From Bacteroidota bacterium (lineage in GTDB: Bacteria; Bacteroidota; Bacteroidia; Bacteroidales; JBHOTF01): a DNA stretch of 64,000 bases. Numbering within the stretch: the stretch's first letter is position 1; each line of letters begins with the position of its first letter. The notes beneath the pieces were generated by a model. That model saw only the letters and a list, made by a program, of their open reading frames with translations, was not told the DNA's origin and did not search any database. Both the position numbers and the translations under genes were made by a program. Shown here in pieces: positions 26,692 through 35,752 of this stretch. The stretch spans positions 4,151 to 68,150 of the forward strand of contig JBHOTF010000004.1 in NCBI GenBank assembly GCA_042584005.1, in the 5' to 3' direction.

Positions 26692-28848
26692 ATGATGAAT
26701 ATTCAGGAATTGAAAGGAAGCCATAAGCTACTTGCAGAGTATAAATATAATGTTACTCCGCTTGATAAGGGGTATACAGATAAAGTATTGTATATTAATT
26801 TGTCTGATAATACTATTAGGGAAAAAGATGTTCCAGCTTTGATGAAGGAAAATTTTATTGGTGGAAAAGGATATGGTTTAAAGCTGTTATGGGATGCAAC
26901 AAAACCCGATACCAAATGGACTGATCCGGAAAATGAAATTATTATTTCCTCAGGTCCTATCGGAGGAATTACCCAATATTCAGGAGCAGGCAAATCTCTG
27001 GTAGTTACATTATCACCTGCAAGTAATTCAGTTACCGATAGTAATGCTGGTGGATATTTTGGGCCATTTTTAAAATTTTCAGGTTTTGATGCGATTGAAA
27101 TTCAGGGAAAGGCAAAAGAGGATGTTATTGTCGTTATAGATGGAACAAAAGGAATTATCAGGATTGAAGAAGCACCAAATGAAGAATCAGACAGCCATCT
27201 TCTTACTGAACAATTAACTGAAATGTATGCTGATAGCGATAAAGCTAAAAGATATGTTTCTGTAGTTTCTGCAGGTAAAGGTGCTGATAATTCATGGATA
27301 GGAATGCTTAATTTTAGTCTTTTTGATGGCAGAAAAAATAAGGTCAGGTTAAAGCAGGCGGGCCGAGGTGGAACAGGGACTGTTTTTCGTGATAAAAAAA
27401 TCAAAGCACTTGTTACCAAGATACCTAAGGTTGGTGGCAATTTGAACAAAGTTGCTGACCTGCCGGCAATTGCCGAAAGGGGGAAACGCTTTAATAAAGA
27501 AATAAGAGAGCTTGATGATTATCAATGTGAGATGAGAACAAAGGGCACAGCTCACCTGATTGAAATAATGGATGATTATGATCTTCTTCCAACACATAAC
27601 TTTAAATTTGGTTCACATGAGGATTCTCAAAAAATCGAATCAGAAGACTGGAAAATTCGTTTTGCTCAGGGATCTCCGGATGCTTGCTGGATAGGTTGTA
27701 GCATGTCGTGTGCCAAAGGTGTTGATAATTATATTGTTAAGACAGGCCCATATAAAGGACAAAATGTAATTGTTGATGGCCCGGAATATGAAAATGCAGG
27801 CGGACTTGGTTCAAATTGTGGAATATTTGATCCAAATTATATTGTTGAATTAAATTTCTACTGTGATACATATGGAATTGATACAATCTCCTGGGGAACA
27901 ATGGTGGCCTTTGTAATGGAATGTTATGAAAATGGAATAATCAATAAAAAGATTACAGGGGGGCTGGAATTAAATTTCGGAAATGCCGGTTCTGCAATTG
28001 AATTATTACACATGGTTGCACGTGGTGAAGGTTTTGGACTTATTGCAGGGAAGGGGATTAGGAAGATGAAAGAGATATTTGAAAAAGAATATGGTGGAGA
28101 CCCACAGTTCTTATTTGATATAGGGATGGAAAATAAAGGACTTGAATATTCAGAATATGTTTCTAAAGAGTCTCTTGCCCAGCAAGGAGGTTTTGCTTTA
28201 ACCAATAAGGGCCCGCAACATGATGAGGCCTGGCTCATATTTATGGATATGGTAAATAATCAAATACCTACATTTAAGGATAAAGCAGAAGCTCTTCATT
28301 ATTTTCCAATGTTCAGAACATGGTTTGGCCTGGTAGGCTTATGTAAATTACCATGGAATGATGTTGAACCTGAAGATAATGCTGAAGCTGATGAACCTGC
28401 AAAAGTGCCTGAACATGTAGATAATTACGTTACATTATATAAGTCAGTTACAGGTAAGGAGTTTGATAAGGATATGTTAATTAGAATGTCAGAAAAGGTT
28501 TATAATTTCCAAAGAGTATTTAATCTCAGACGCGGATATGGTACACGTAAATGGGATGCACAACCTTATCGTGCTGCAGGACCTGTTACAATTGAGGAAT
28601 ATGAATCACGTGCTGAACGTTACGATAAACAGATGAAGGAAATTATTGGAGTTGATCCTGAAGGAAAAAATACTGAAGAAAAAATTTCCATAACAAGAAA
28701 ATTTAGAGAAGAACAATATGAAATGCTCCTTGATGCAGTTTATAAAAGACGGGGATGGAATAATAATGGTGTGCCAACAATTGAACATCTGAAGAATATT
28801 GGAATGGACCTCCCGGAATTAATTGAAATTGTGAGTCAACACCAATAG
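26692..28848 (+). CDS. Aldehyde:ferredoxin oxidoreductase family (tungsten/molybdo-pterin) enzyme, long form
   Basis: AOR N-domain (IGGKGYGLKLLWD, GPIGG, NAGGYFGPFLKFSGFDAIEIQGKA). Also RGGTGTVF, LPTHNF, a Cys cluster CWIGCSMSC, EYENAGGLGSNCGI and CDTYGIDTIS. 718 aa. Confidence 0.85.
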   Translation: MMNIQELKGSHKLLAEYKYNVTPLDKGYTDKVLYINLSDNTIREKDVPALMKENFIGGKGYGLKLLWDATKPDTKWTDPENEIIISSGPIGGITQYSGAGKSLVVTLSPASNSVTDSNAGGYFGPFLKFSGFDAIEIQGKAKEDVIVVIDGTKGIIRIEEAPNEESDSHLLTEQLTEMYADSDKAKRYVSVVSAGKGADNSWIGMLNFSLFDGRKNKVRLKQAGRGGTGTVFRDKKIKALVTKIPKVGGNLNKVADLPAIAERGKRFNKEIRELDDYQCEMRTKGTAHLIEIMDDYDLLPTHNFKFGSHEDSQKIESEDWKIRFAQGSPDACWIGCSMSCAKGVDNYIVKTGPYKGQNVIVDGPEYENAGGLGSNCGIFDPNYIVELNFYCDTYGIDTISWGTMVAFVMECYENGIINKKITGGLELNFGNAGSAIELLHMVARGEGFGLIAGKGIRKMKEIFEKEYGGDPQFLFDIGMENKGLEYSEYVSKESLAQQGGFALTNKGPQHDEAWLIFMDMVNNQIPTFKDKAEALHYFPMFRTWFGLVGLCKLPWNDVEPEDNAEADEPAKVPEHVDNYVTLYKSVTGKEFDKDMLIRMSEKVYNFQRVFNLRRGYGTRKWDAQPYRAAGPVTIEEYESRAERYDKQMKEIIGVDPEGKNTEEKISITRKFREEQYEMLLDAVYKRRGWNNNGVPTIEHLKNIGMDLPELIEIVSQHQ

Positions 28849-28859
28849 GAAAATTTATT

Positions 28860-28886
28860 AAGGATTGTAATGCAGTCCTTTTTTAT
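28860..28886 (+). terminator. Rho-independent terminator after AOR
   Basis: 8-bp stem AAGGATTG / CAGTCCTT (one G-U pair), loop TAATG, then TTTTT. Confidence 0.6.
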
Positions 28887-28920
28887 AATTTTACAATAAT
28901 TATTATTCAATTTAATATAT

Positions 28921-29202
28921 ATGTTTAAGGTAAATGAATATTTCGACGGAAAAGTAAAATCTATTGCTTTTGAAACATCAGAAGGGCCGGCAACAATTGG
29001 TGTTATGGCTAAAGGTGAATATGAATTCGGGACTTCTACAGTAGAGTATATGACTATTACATCAGGATTAATGGAGGTTTTGCTTCCTGGTGATAAAGAG
29101 TGGAAAAACTATCGTGAATTCGAAACTTTTAAAGTTGAAAAAGATGTAAAATTTAGTGTTAAAATTCTTGAAGACACTTCATATCGCTGCTTATATAAAT
29201 AA
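28921..29202 (+). CDS. ppnP: Pyrimidine/purine nucleoside phosphorylase PpnP (DUF1255)
   Basis: 93 aa. MFKVNEYFDGKVKSI and GEYEFGT align by eye with E. coli PpnP/YaiE. Confidence 0.85.
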   Translation: MFKVNEYFDGKVKSIAFETSEGPATIGVMAKGEYEFGTSTVEYMTITSGLMEVLLPGDKEWKNYREFETFKVEKDVKFSVKILEDTSYRCLYK

Positions 29203-29270
29203 CAAATTTTCCATCGAATAAAAAATATTTGCCTTAAGTAGAAATAAACATATCGACTAAATTTTAAAAT

Positions 29271-30011
29271 GTGAAATTTTTAATAGGAATAGACGATACA
29301 GATAATAAAGACAGTCGTGGGACAGGCTTCCGTTCACGCGACCTGGGAAATTACCTTGAGGCAGCCCGCCTTGGAAGAATTCTTGGTGTTAGCCGCCATC
29401 AACTTCTTGTTGATGACAGAATTCCATATACATCTAAAAATTCATCTGCTTGCATTGAAATTGAAAGTAGTCAGCTGGAAGCAATAATTTCTTTTTCAAG
29501 GGTATATCTTCTAAAAGAATCCGCAATTGGTGCCGATGTCGGTTTATGTATCATTAATAAAGACAGAATAGATAATGAAGTTGTTGATTGGGGAACCAGA
29601 GCAAAAAAAGAGGTTCTTAGCATTAATGGTGCCAGAAATCTGGCAAATAAACATGGAATTTTTCTTGAAGGATTAACCGGAACCGGTGGTGGAATAATAG
29701 GAGCAATGGCTGCTATTGGACTGAGACATAGCGGAAATGACGGACGTTTTGTCTGGCTTCGGGGAAAAGATCTGAGAGAACTGGAAGGAGTATTTAATTT
29801 CTGGGAAATAAAATCGCTTATTCCTATTGACAAGATAAAAACTATTCATGGAAATGATATATCACCGGAAGCCCGCGTTTATATTGGGAAGTGGATAAGA
29901 CCGGTATTAAAAAATAATAAAATTGTAATTATAGTTGAACCGTCAAGAAATACTCAAAGTTATGAATGGGAAGTTGCATCAAAAGAAAATATCAGAAGTA
30001 TATCCAATTAA
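29271..30011 (+). CDS. TiaS N-terminal kinase-domain (TCKD/DUF1743)-like protein, no OB or zinc-ribbon domains
   Basis: GTG start. FLIGIDDTDNKDSRGTGF, IPYTSKNSSAC and GGGIIGAMAAIGL mirror the IGIDDTDS...G.CTTY, IPYKTRGNGA and GRGLIGALAAVG blocks I recall from archaeal TiaS. Confidence 0.5.
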   Translation: MKFLIGIDDTDNKDSRGTGFRSRDLGNYLEAARLGRILGVSRHQLLVDDRIPYTSKNSSACIEIESSQLEAIISFSRVYLLKESAIGADVGLCIINKDRIDNEVVDWGTRAKKEVLSINGARNLANKHGIFLEGLTGTGGGIIGAMAAIGLRHSGNDGRFVWLRGKDLRELEGVFNFWEIKSLIPIDKIKTIHGNDISPEARVYIGKWIRPVLKNNKIVIIVEPSRNTQSYEWEVASKENIRSISN

Positions 30012-30534
30012 GAGATACGGTGTAATTGCTGAAAGTATTTTCTTATTTCTTATAGGTACTTTACCGATTATTATACATGCTAAATTTAGATACGATCTTG
30101 GAATTCCCGGTCACCATGGATTAGAATATATGGCTTTAATAATGTTGGGAAGAACGGCAACAGATATCAGGTGGGCTTCAGTATTTATTTCATTGGGAAT
30201 ATTATCTATGTTATTTCTTCCATATATAGGTTTGAAGAACCCTATTACTGCAATAGTATTTGTACTTCCACCTTTTATCGTCGACATAATATATAATTCA
30301 AAAAAGAATTGGAAAAATAATATCTTATTATTATCAGTTATTGGAGGAATAGCTTATTCAATACTTCCTGTTTCAAAATTATTAATAATGTTAACAACAG
30401 GATTTCCATATAAGGCTTTTTTAAGAAATCCGGTAGTGCCATTTATAACCCATTTTATTTTTGGATTTGCGGGAGCCTTGTTCGGGGCAGGTATTATAAT
30501 AACTATTAGGAGAATAAAGAAAAGTAATAAATAA
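29962..30534 (+). CDS. Multi-pass membrane protein of unknown family
   Basis: About 5-6 hydrophobic helices. It overlaps the 3' end of the TiaS-like gene. The start is ambiguous (ATG at 29935 or 29962). Confidence 0.5.
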   Translation: MNGKLHQKKISEVYPIKRYGVIAESIFLFLIGTLPIIIHAKFRYDLGIPGHHGLEYMALIMLGRTATDIRWASVFISLGILSMLFLPYIGLKNPITAIVFVLPPFIVDIIYNSKKNWKNNILLLSVIGGIAYSILPVSKLLIMLTTGFPYKAFLRNPVVPFITHFIFGFAGALFGAGIIITIRRIKKSNK

Positions 30535-30562
30535 AATAACTGTCAATTAAGATTAAAAAATC

Positions 30563-31435
30563 ATGAAAAAATATTATAACTCAGTATTAATAATATTATC
30601 AATATTACTCCTTACAATATCTTGTAAAAAAGAGAATGAATTACCTCCGACAATCACATTGAAAACGGATTCAGGATATACTTACGACGAAACTCTGGTT
30701 GCTGTTGGAGATACTGTAATAATTGGAATTGTAGCGAATTCTAATGGTGATGTAAATTTAACTAATGTAACAGTTAAAGTAAATGAAGAGGTAAATTATA
30801 CCAAGGGAATTAATTCGGAAAATTACAGTTTCGATTATATAATCACAAAAAGCACTCTTGAGGAAGAACTCTGGGAATTTTCAGTTACTGATAAAAATGG
30901 TAATAGTGCTTCTGTAACAGTGACCCTGAATAAAGATCCTGATTCAGAATTTGGAGCAGTTAATAACTACCCATCTGTCATTCTTGGCGGACAAGAGAAC
31001 GATAGTTTAGGAGGCTTTTTCTCATTTAGTGAAAATACTCTATATAATTTACAAGCGGCATATAATTATCAATCAGTTATAGATCTGGTATATTATTATT
31101 ACGGTTCTGATAAAAATACAATTTGCTCCCCAGGTGCAAATATTGAAGCTGAAGTTTTTAATAGCCTAATTGACCCGGGGTCATGGGATACTAAGAGAAC
31201 AACAATGTTTATCAAAACTTCATTAAGCATTGCAGATTATAATAGTATAGTATTAGACAACCTGCTTATTTCAAGTTATAGTGAAGCTAATGCAAAGAGA
31301 AAAGCTAAAGAACTGGCTGTTAACGATATTTATTCCTTTAAAACTGAAAATGGAAAATTAGGTTTGTTTTTAGTAAAATCCATTACTGGTGCAGAGGAAG
31401 GAATAATTGAAGTCTCTATTAAGATTCAGGAATAA
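30563..31435 (+). CDS. Lipoprotein of unknown function
   Basis: Lipobox LLLTISC after the signal peptide. It lies directly upstream of a TonB-dependent receptor. Confidence 0.6.
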   Translation: MKKYYNSVLIILSILLLTISCKKENELPPTITLKTDSGYTYDETLVAVGDTVIIGIVANSNGDVNLTNVTVKVNEEVNYTKGINSENYSFDYIITKSTLEEELWEFSVTDKNGNSASVTVTLNKDPDSEFGAVNNYPSVILGGQENDSLGGFFSFSENTLYNLQAAYNYQSVIDLVYYYYGSDKNTICSPGANIEAEVFNSLIDPGSWDTKRTTMFIKTSLSIADYNSIVLDNLLISSYSEANAKRKAKELAVNDIYSFKTENGKLGLFLVKSITGAEEGIIEVSIKIQE

Positions 31436-31464
31436 AAGCTTTACCCAGGAGAAACTTAATAAAT

Positions 31465-33525
31465 ATGAAAAATAGGATAGTATTATTCTTTATACTGTTT
31501 GTTTCTATTAGTGCTCTTTCACAAAATGTAGGAAAGCTTAATATTGATATTGATGAAATTATATTAACAGCCACAAGATCACCAAACTATCTGAAAAATA
31601 TTCCAGGAAGGATTGAAATTATTGACCAGAAAATAATTTCTGATTTTCCTGCAAACACATTAGATGAATTGCTATTTGTTTTACCAGGTTTAAATGTAAA
31701 CAGGAGTTGGGGAATTTTCTCAAAAAATGCCTCGGTAACATTACGGGGTTTAAATGGTACAGATAGAGTATTGGTACTCCTTAATGGACTTCCTTTGAAT
31801 AAATCTGCAGGAGGAGGAATAAACTGGCATATGATAACTCCTAATCAGGTAAAACAAATTGAAGTTTGTAAAGGGCCGGGATCTTCAGTTTATGGAAATA
31901 ATGCAATGGCTGGTGTAATCAATATTATTACAAAAAAACCTTCTGAAAAATTTGGAGGAGAAATTGGTTTTGAAACCGGAACTTATGGAACAATAGGATC
32001 CTCCCTTAATTTATCAGGAAGAAAAAATAAAGATAAAGGGCTTTATTGGAACATAAATCTTATGGGTAGAAAAGGTGATGGTTATATTCTTGAGCCAGTA
32101 GAAAATCGTGATAGCACCGATTCTAATGCATATCTGAAGGAATTATCTGCCGGAACAACTTTAGGTTACCATTTTAAAAATTCTGTTCTTGAACTGGATT
32201 ATTATTTTTATAAAGATAAAAGAGGTTCCGGAACAAAAATTTATGAAAAGGATGGTAGCTTCCTGAGTTATACAACTAATTATTTATCAGCAAAGTTTAA
32301 AGGACAAAGCAATAAGTGGTTTTATGAGATAAAAAGCTTTTTTCAGTTGCAGAATTATTTTGAAGAAAGTGAAAGTTTTAATTCTTATGCTGAATATAAA
32401 CTTTATGATATAGATCAGACATCATATGATCAGGGGATATGGATTAATTTATCCAAAAATATTACAGATAATCAGCGTGTTACATTTGGACTGGATGGCA
32501 AAGTGGCATCTTTTGACGCTATTGATGATTATAAAACATCTTCTGATTATTCTAACAGGAAAGGAAAAACTGCATTGTTTGCATTATTTGCCCAGGATGA
32601 AATAAAACTTTTGAAAGATAAGCTTCATCTGGTGGCAGGCTTAAGAGCTGATTTCTCAAATTTTTATGATGGTGAATTTGATATAAAAAATCCTACAAAA
32701 AATACAGGTTTTGCTGACGATAAAACAATTCTATACGAATCTTCAGCCTGGGCAGCAATCTCACCAAGGTTGGTTATGAAATATAACTTTAATGATAATT
32801 TGTCAGCATATATTTCATATTCAGTAGGTTTTATGCCTGCAAGCCTCGATGATCTCTGTAGCTCAAGAAAAATCAGGAAGGGATTTAAAATGGCTAACCC
32901 GGATTTAAAACCTGAAAAGTTATTTAATTATGAAACCGGAATTAATTTAACAATATGGAATAAACTCGATATTAAACCATCTGTCTATTATTCTATTGGA
33001 AAAGATTTCCAATATTTTGTTGGCACAGGCGATTCGATTGATACCGGTGGACTTTCTTTTAAGCCAATATTAAGAAGAGAGAATATATCAAATGTAATGA
33101 TTGCCGGGGCAGAGATTAGTATCAATTATTTAATTAGTAATAGTTTGAATGTAATTTCCAATTATTCATATAATTATTCTGAAATTATCAATTTTGACCT
33201 AACAAGTTATTACGGTACAGATCTTAAAGGAAAACATCTAAACGAAGTTCCGAATCATCAATTTTTTACCGGGCTTAACTGGAAAAATAAAATTACGAAT
33301 GTTTTTATGAGTAGCAGATATAACGGTCCACAGTATTATGATGAGGAAAATACAACTATGATAGATTCATACTGGCAGTTTGATATAAATTTATCGCGTA
33401 AAATAAAAAACAACATACATATTGCTCTGTCTATTCAGAACTTGTTTAATAAACGATTTATTGATAAAAAACAATTGCTTTCACCCGGCAGATTCATAAA
33501 CCTGTCTGTTCGATACAAACTTTAG
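31465..33525 (+). CDS. TonB-dependent outer-membrane receptor
   Basis: Signal peptide, plug-domain motifs (IEIIDQ..., VTLRGLNG, IEVCKGPGSSVYGNNAMAGVINIITK) and a 22-strand-size barrel. 686 aa. Confidence 0.85.
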   Translation: MKNRIVLFFILFVSISALSQNVGKLNIDIDEIILTATRSPNYLKNIPGRIEIIDQKIISDFPANTLDELLFVLPGLNVNRSWGIFSKNASVTLRGLNGTDRVLVLLNGLPLNKSAGGGINWHMITPNQVKQIEVCKGPGSSVYGNNAMAGVINIITKKPSEKFGGEIGFETGTYGTIGSSLNLSGRKNKDKGLYWNINLMGRKGDGYILEPVENRDSTDSNAYLKELSAGTTLGYHFKNSVLELDYYFYKDKRGSGTKIYEKDGSFLSYTTNYLSAKFKGQSNKWFYEIKSFFQLQNYFEESESFNSYAEYKLYDIDQTSYDQGIWINLSKNITDNQRVTFGLDGKVASFDAIDDYKTSSDYSNRKGKTALFALFAQDEIKLLKDKLHLVAGLRADFSNFYDGEFDIKNPTKNTGFADDKTILYESSAWAAISPRLVMKYNFNDNLSAYISYSVGFMPASLDDLCSSRKIRKGFKMANPDLKPEKLFNYETGINLTIWNKLDIKPSVYYSIGKDFQYFVGTGDSIDTGGLSFKPILRRENISNVMIAGAEISINYLISNSLNVISNYSYNYSEIINFDLTSYYGTDLKGKHLNEVPNHQFFTGLNWKNKITNVFMSSRYNGPQYYDEENTTMIDSYWQFDINLSRKIKNNIHIALSIQNLFNKRFIDKKQLLSPGRFINLSVRYKL

Positions 33526-33628
33526 TCACTACTGACCCTTTATATTTTACAAAAATTGTATCTTAGTAAATTAGTCGAAGAAGATTTATAATAAATTATT
33601 TTTTGGAAAATATAAGAATAAAAATATT

Positions 33629-35095
33629 ATGAAATTTATCAATATTAAATTGCCTAAAGCCATTAGTTATAGCTCGTTAGCCTTAACTGTTCCTCTTCTT
33701 TTTTCTTCATGTGCAAAAGAAGAAAAAGAACTAAATTTCATTTTAATAAATATTGATGATTTAGGTTGGACAGACCTAGAATGTTATGGAAGTAAGTATT
33801 ATGAAACTCCTAATATTGATCGTCTGGCTTCACAAGGATTAAAGTTTACAAGTGCCTATGCTTCCTGCGCAGTTTCATCACCAACAAGAGCTTCATTAAT
33901 GACAGGCAGATATCCCGCCAGGATTGGAATAACCGATTGGATAAGAGCAAGATTTCAGGGAGCTGTTATTCCTGAGGATAAAAAATTTGTTCCTGAGTAT
34001 GTTGGAAATAAAAGTAATCAGGTTTTATGTCCTAATAATCCATACTGGATGGATCATAATGAACTTACTATTGCAGAATTGCTTAAGAAAAAAGATTATA
34101 CGACTTGTCATATTGGAAAATGGCATTTAGGAACTGACGATTGGTATCCTGCAAGTCAGGGTTTTGATTTGAATTACGGTGGATGCGATTACGGGCATCC
34201 TCCCGGATATTTTGATCCATATGATAATAAGGAAAGAGATGGTATTCCAAATCTTGAACCAAGGAAAAAGGGAGAATATCTAACTGACAGAGAAGCTGAT
34301 GAGGCGGTAAAATTTATAAGAGACCATAAGGATGGCCCATTCTTTCTTAACTTTTGTCCTTATGCGGTACATACACCACTTCAGGCAAAAAAGGAACTGG
34401 TAGAAAAATATAAGGCAAAAACTCCTACAAAACAAAATAATGCTGTTTATGCTGCAATGATAGAAAGTGTTGATGATGCAGTTGGGGGAATTATGGATAT
34501 TCTGGATGAATTAAAAATTGCAGATAATACTGTAATTATTTTCACATCTGATAATGGTGGTTTATTGGGATATGCCACAAATAATGAACCTCTTCGTGAA
34601 GGTAAAGGTTATCCATATGAAGGAGGAATACGTATCCCATTAATAGTTCGCTGGCCTGGTGTTGTAGAAGAAGGTAGTATAAACGATTTTCCGGTTATCA
34701 GTACTGATATTTTTCCTACAATTTGTGAAGCAGCTGAAATTCAGTTACCGGAGGATTTGGAAATTGATGGTTTAAGTTTGATGCCTATATTTAATGGAAA
34801 AAATTCATTAGACAGAGATTTATTATGCTGGCATTTTCCACATTACAGATCAAAGGAGGTTGGCCCTTACAGTATAGTTCGTTTAGAAAACTGGAAAATG
34901 ATCAAATGGTATGAAGGCCCTGTATATGAACTTTATAATTTGGAGAATGACCTTTCTGAAAAAAATGACCTGACAAAATCTATTCCTGAAAAGGTTATTG
35001 AGATGGATATTATTCTAAGAAATTGGCTGAATAGTATTAACGCAAGATCACCTGTAGAAAATCCTGATTATATTGAAGTTATTGCCGGGCAATAA
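33629..35095 (+). CDS. Sulfatase (arylsulfatase A family), apparent Ser-type
   Basis: NIDDLGWTD metal site. The signature is SSPTRASLMTGR, with Ser at the formylglycine position. Also GKWHLG and FTSDNGG. Confidence 0.85.
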   Translation: MKFINIKLPKAISYSSLALTVPLLFSSCAKEEKELNFILINIDDLGWTDLECYGSKYYETPNIDRLASQGLKFTSAYASCAVSSPTRASLMTGRYPARIGITDWIRARFQGAVIPEDKKFVPEYVGNKSNQVLCPNNPYWMDHNELTIAELLKKKDYTTCHIGKWHLGTDDWYPASQGFDLNYGGCDYGHPPGYFDPYDNKERDGIPNLEPRKKGEYLTDREADEAVKFIRDHKDGPFFLNFCPYAVHTPLQAKKELVEKYKAKTPTKQNNAVYAAMIESVDDAVGGIMDILDELKIADNTVIIFTSDNGGLLGYATNNEPLREGKGYPYEGGIRIPLIVRWPGVVEEGSINDFPVISTDIFPTICEAAEIQLPEDLEIDGLSLMPIFNGKNSLDRDLLCWHFPHYRSKEVGPYSIVRLENWKMIKWYEGPVYELYNLENDLSEKNDLTKSIPEKVIEMDIILRNWLNSINARSPVENPDYIEVIAGQ

Positions 35096-35120
35096 TTATT
35101 TATCGGGTTATTTATTCTTT

Positions 35121-35675
35121 ATGGAGAAAATAGAAAATCTGCTTTTAGTTGGTGGAAGTTACAGGAATGTGGGTAAAACTCATTTCATTATTAAATTAAT
35201 TAATCGATTTAGTCAAAATAATCCTATAATAGGTCTCAAAGTAAAATCCATCTATAATGGTGATGATAAATTTCATGGAAGAGACTGGGATAATAATAAA
35301 GATAATTTCAGAATAATTGAAGAAAATAAAACTAATACAGACGATGGTGGACAAATGCTAAAAGCAGGTGCAAAAAAGGTATTCAGAATAAAAACAAAAA
35401 TCGAATATCTACCTGATGCAATGGAAGATTTTTTTAATCTTGTTCCCCGGGGCACTGCCATTATTGCTGAGTCAAACAGTATAAGGAAGTTTTTTGTCCC
35501 GGGCTTATATATAATGATTTATGGAGATAACAAAAAACTATATAAACCAAGTGCAATAAAATTATCACAATTGGCAGATGTTAATATTTATTCAGATGGA
35601 AAATCATTTAATATTTCTCCTGAAAATGTAAATATTGATTTTATTAATGGAAAATGGGATAAATCTAAGATCTGA
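35121..35675 (+). CDS. Hypothetical protein, weakly MobB-like with a degenerate P-loop
   Basis: LLLVGGSYRNVGKTHFIIKLI resembles the MobB N-terminus, but the glycine spacing is non-canonical. AGAKKVF and AIIAESNS blocks are in MobB-like order. Confidence 0.3.
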   Translation: MEKIENLLLVGGSYRNVGKTHFIIKLINRFSQNNPIIGLKVKSIYNGDDKFHGRDWDNNKDNFRIIEENKTNTDDGGQMLKAGAKKVFRIKTKIEYLPDAMEDFFNLVPRGTAIIAESNSIRKFFVPGLYIMIYGDNKKLYKPSAIKLSQLADVNIYSDGKSFNISPENVNIDFINGKWDKSKI

Positions 35676-35752
35676 AATCTCTTATCTCAAATCTTAATTC
35701 ATGATCATTCCTTGATTCTGTATAGTGTGTCAGTAACCGATTATTTTTGTTT

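Noticed and set aside
29471-29833. 120-aa antisense ORF inside the TiaS-like gene.
   Set aside because: It is explained by the locally higher G+C, which gives fewer stop codons. The product is Pro/Ser-rich and low-complexity, with no start context.
30535-31464. Cobalamin or other riboswitch upstream of the lipoprotein/TonB-receptor pair.
   Set aside because: The intergenic gaps are only 28-29 nt, which leaves no room for an aptamer.
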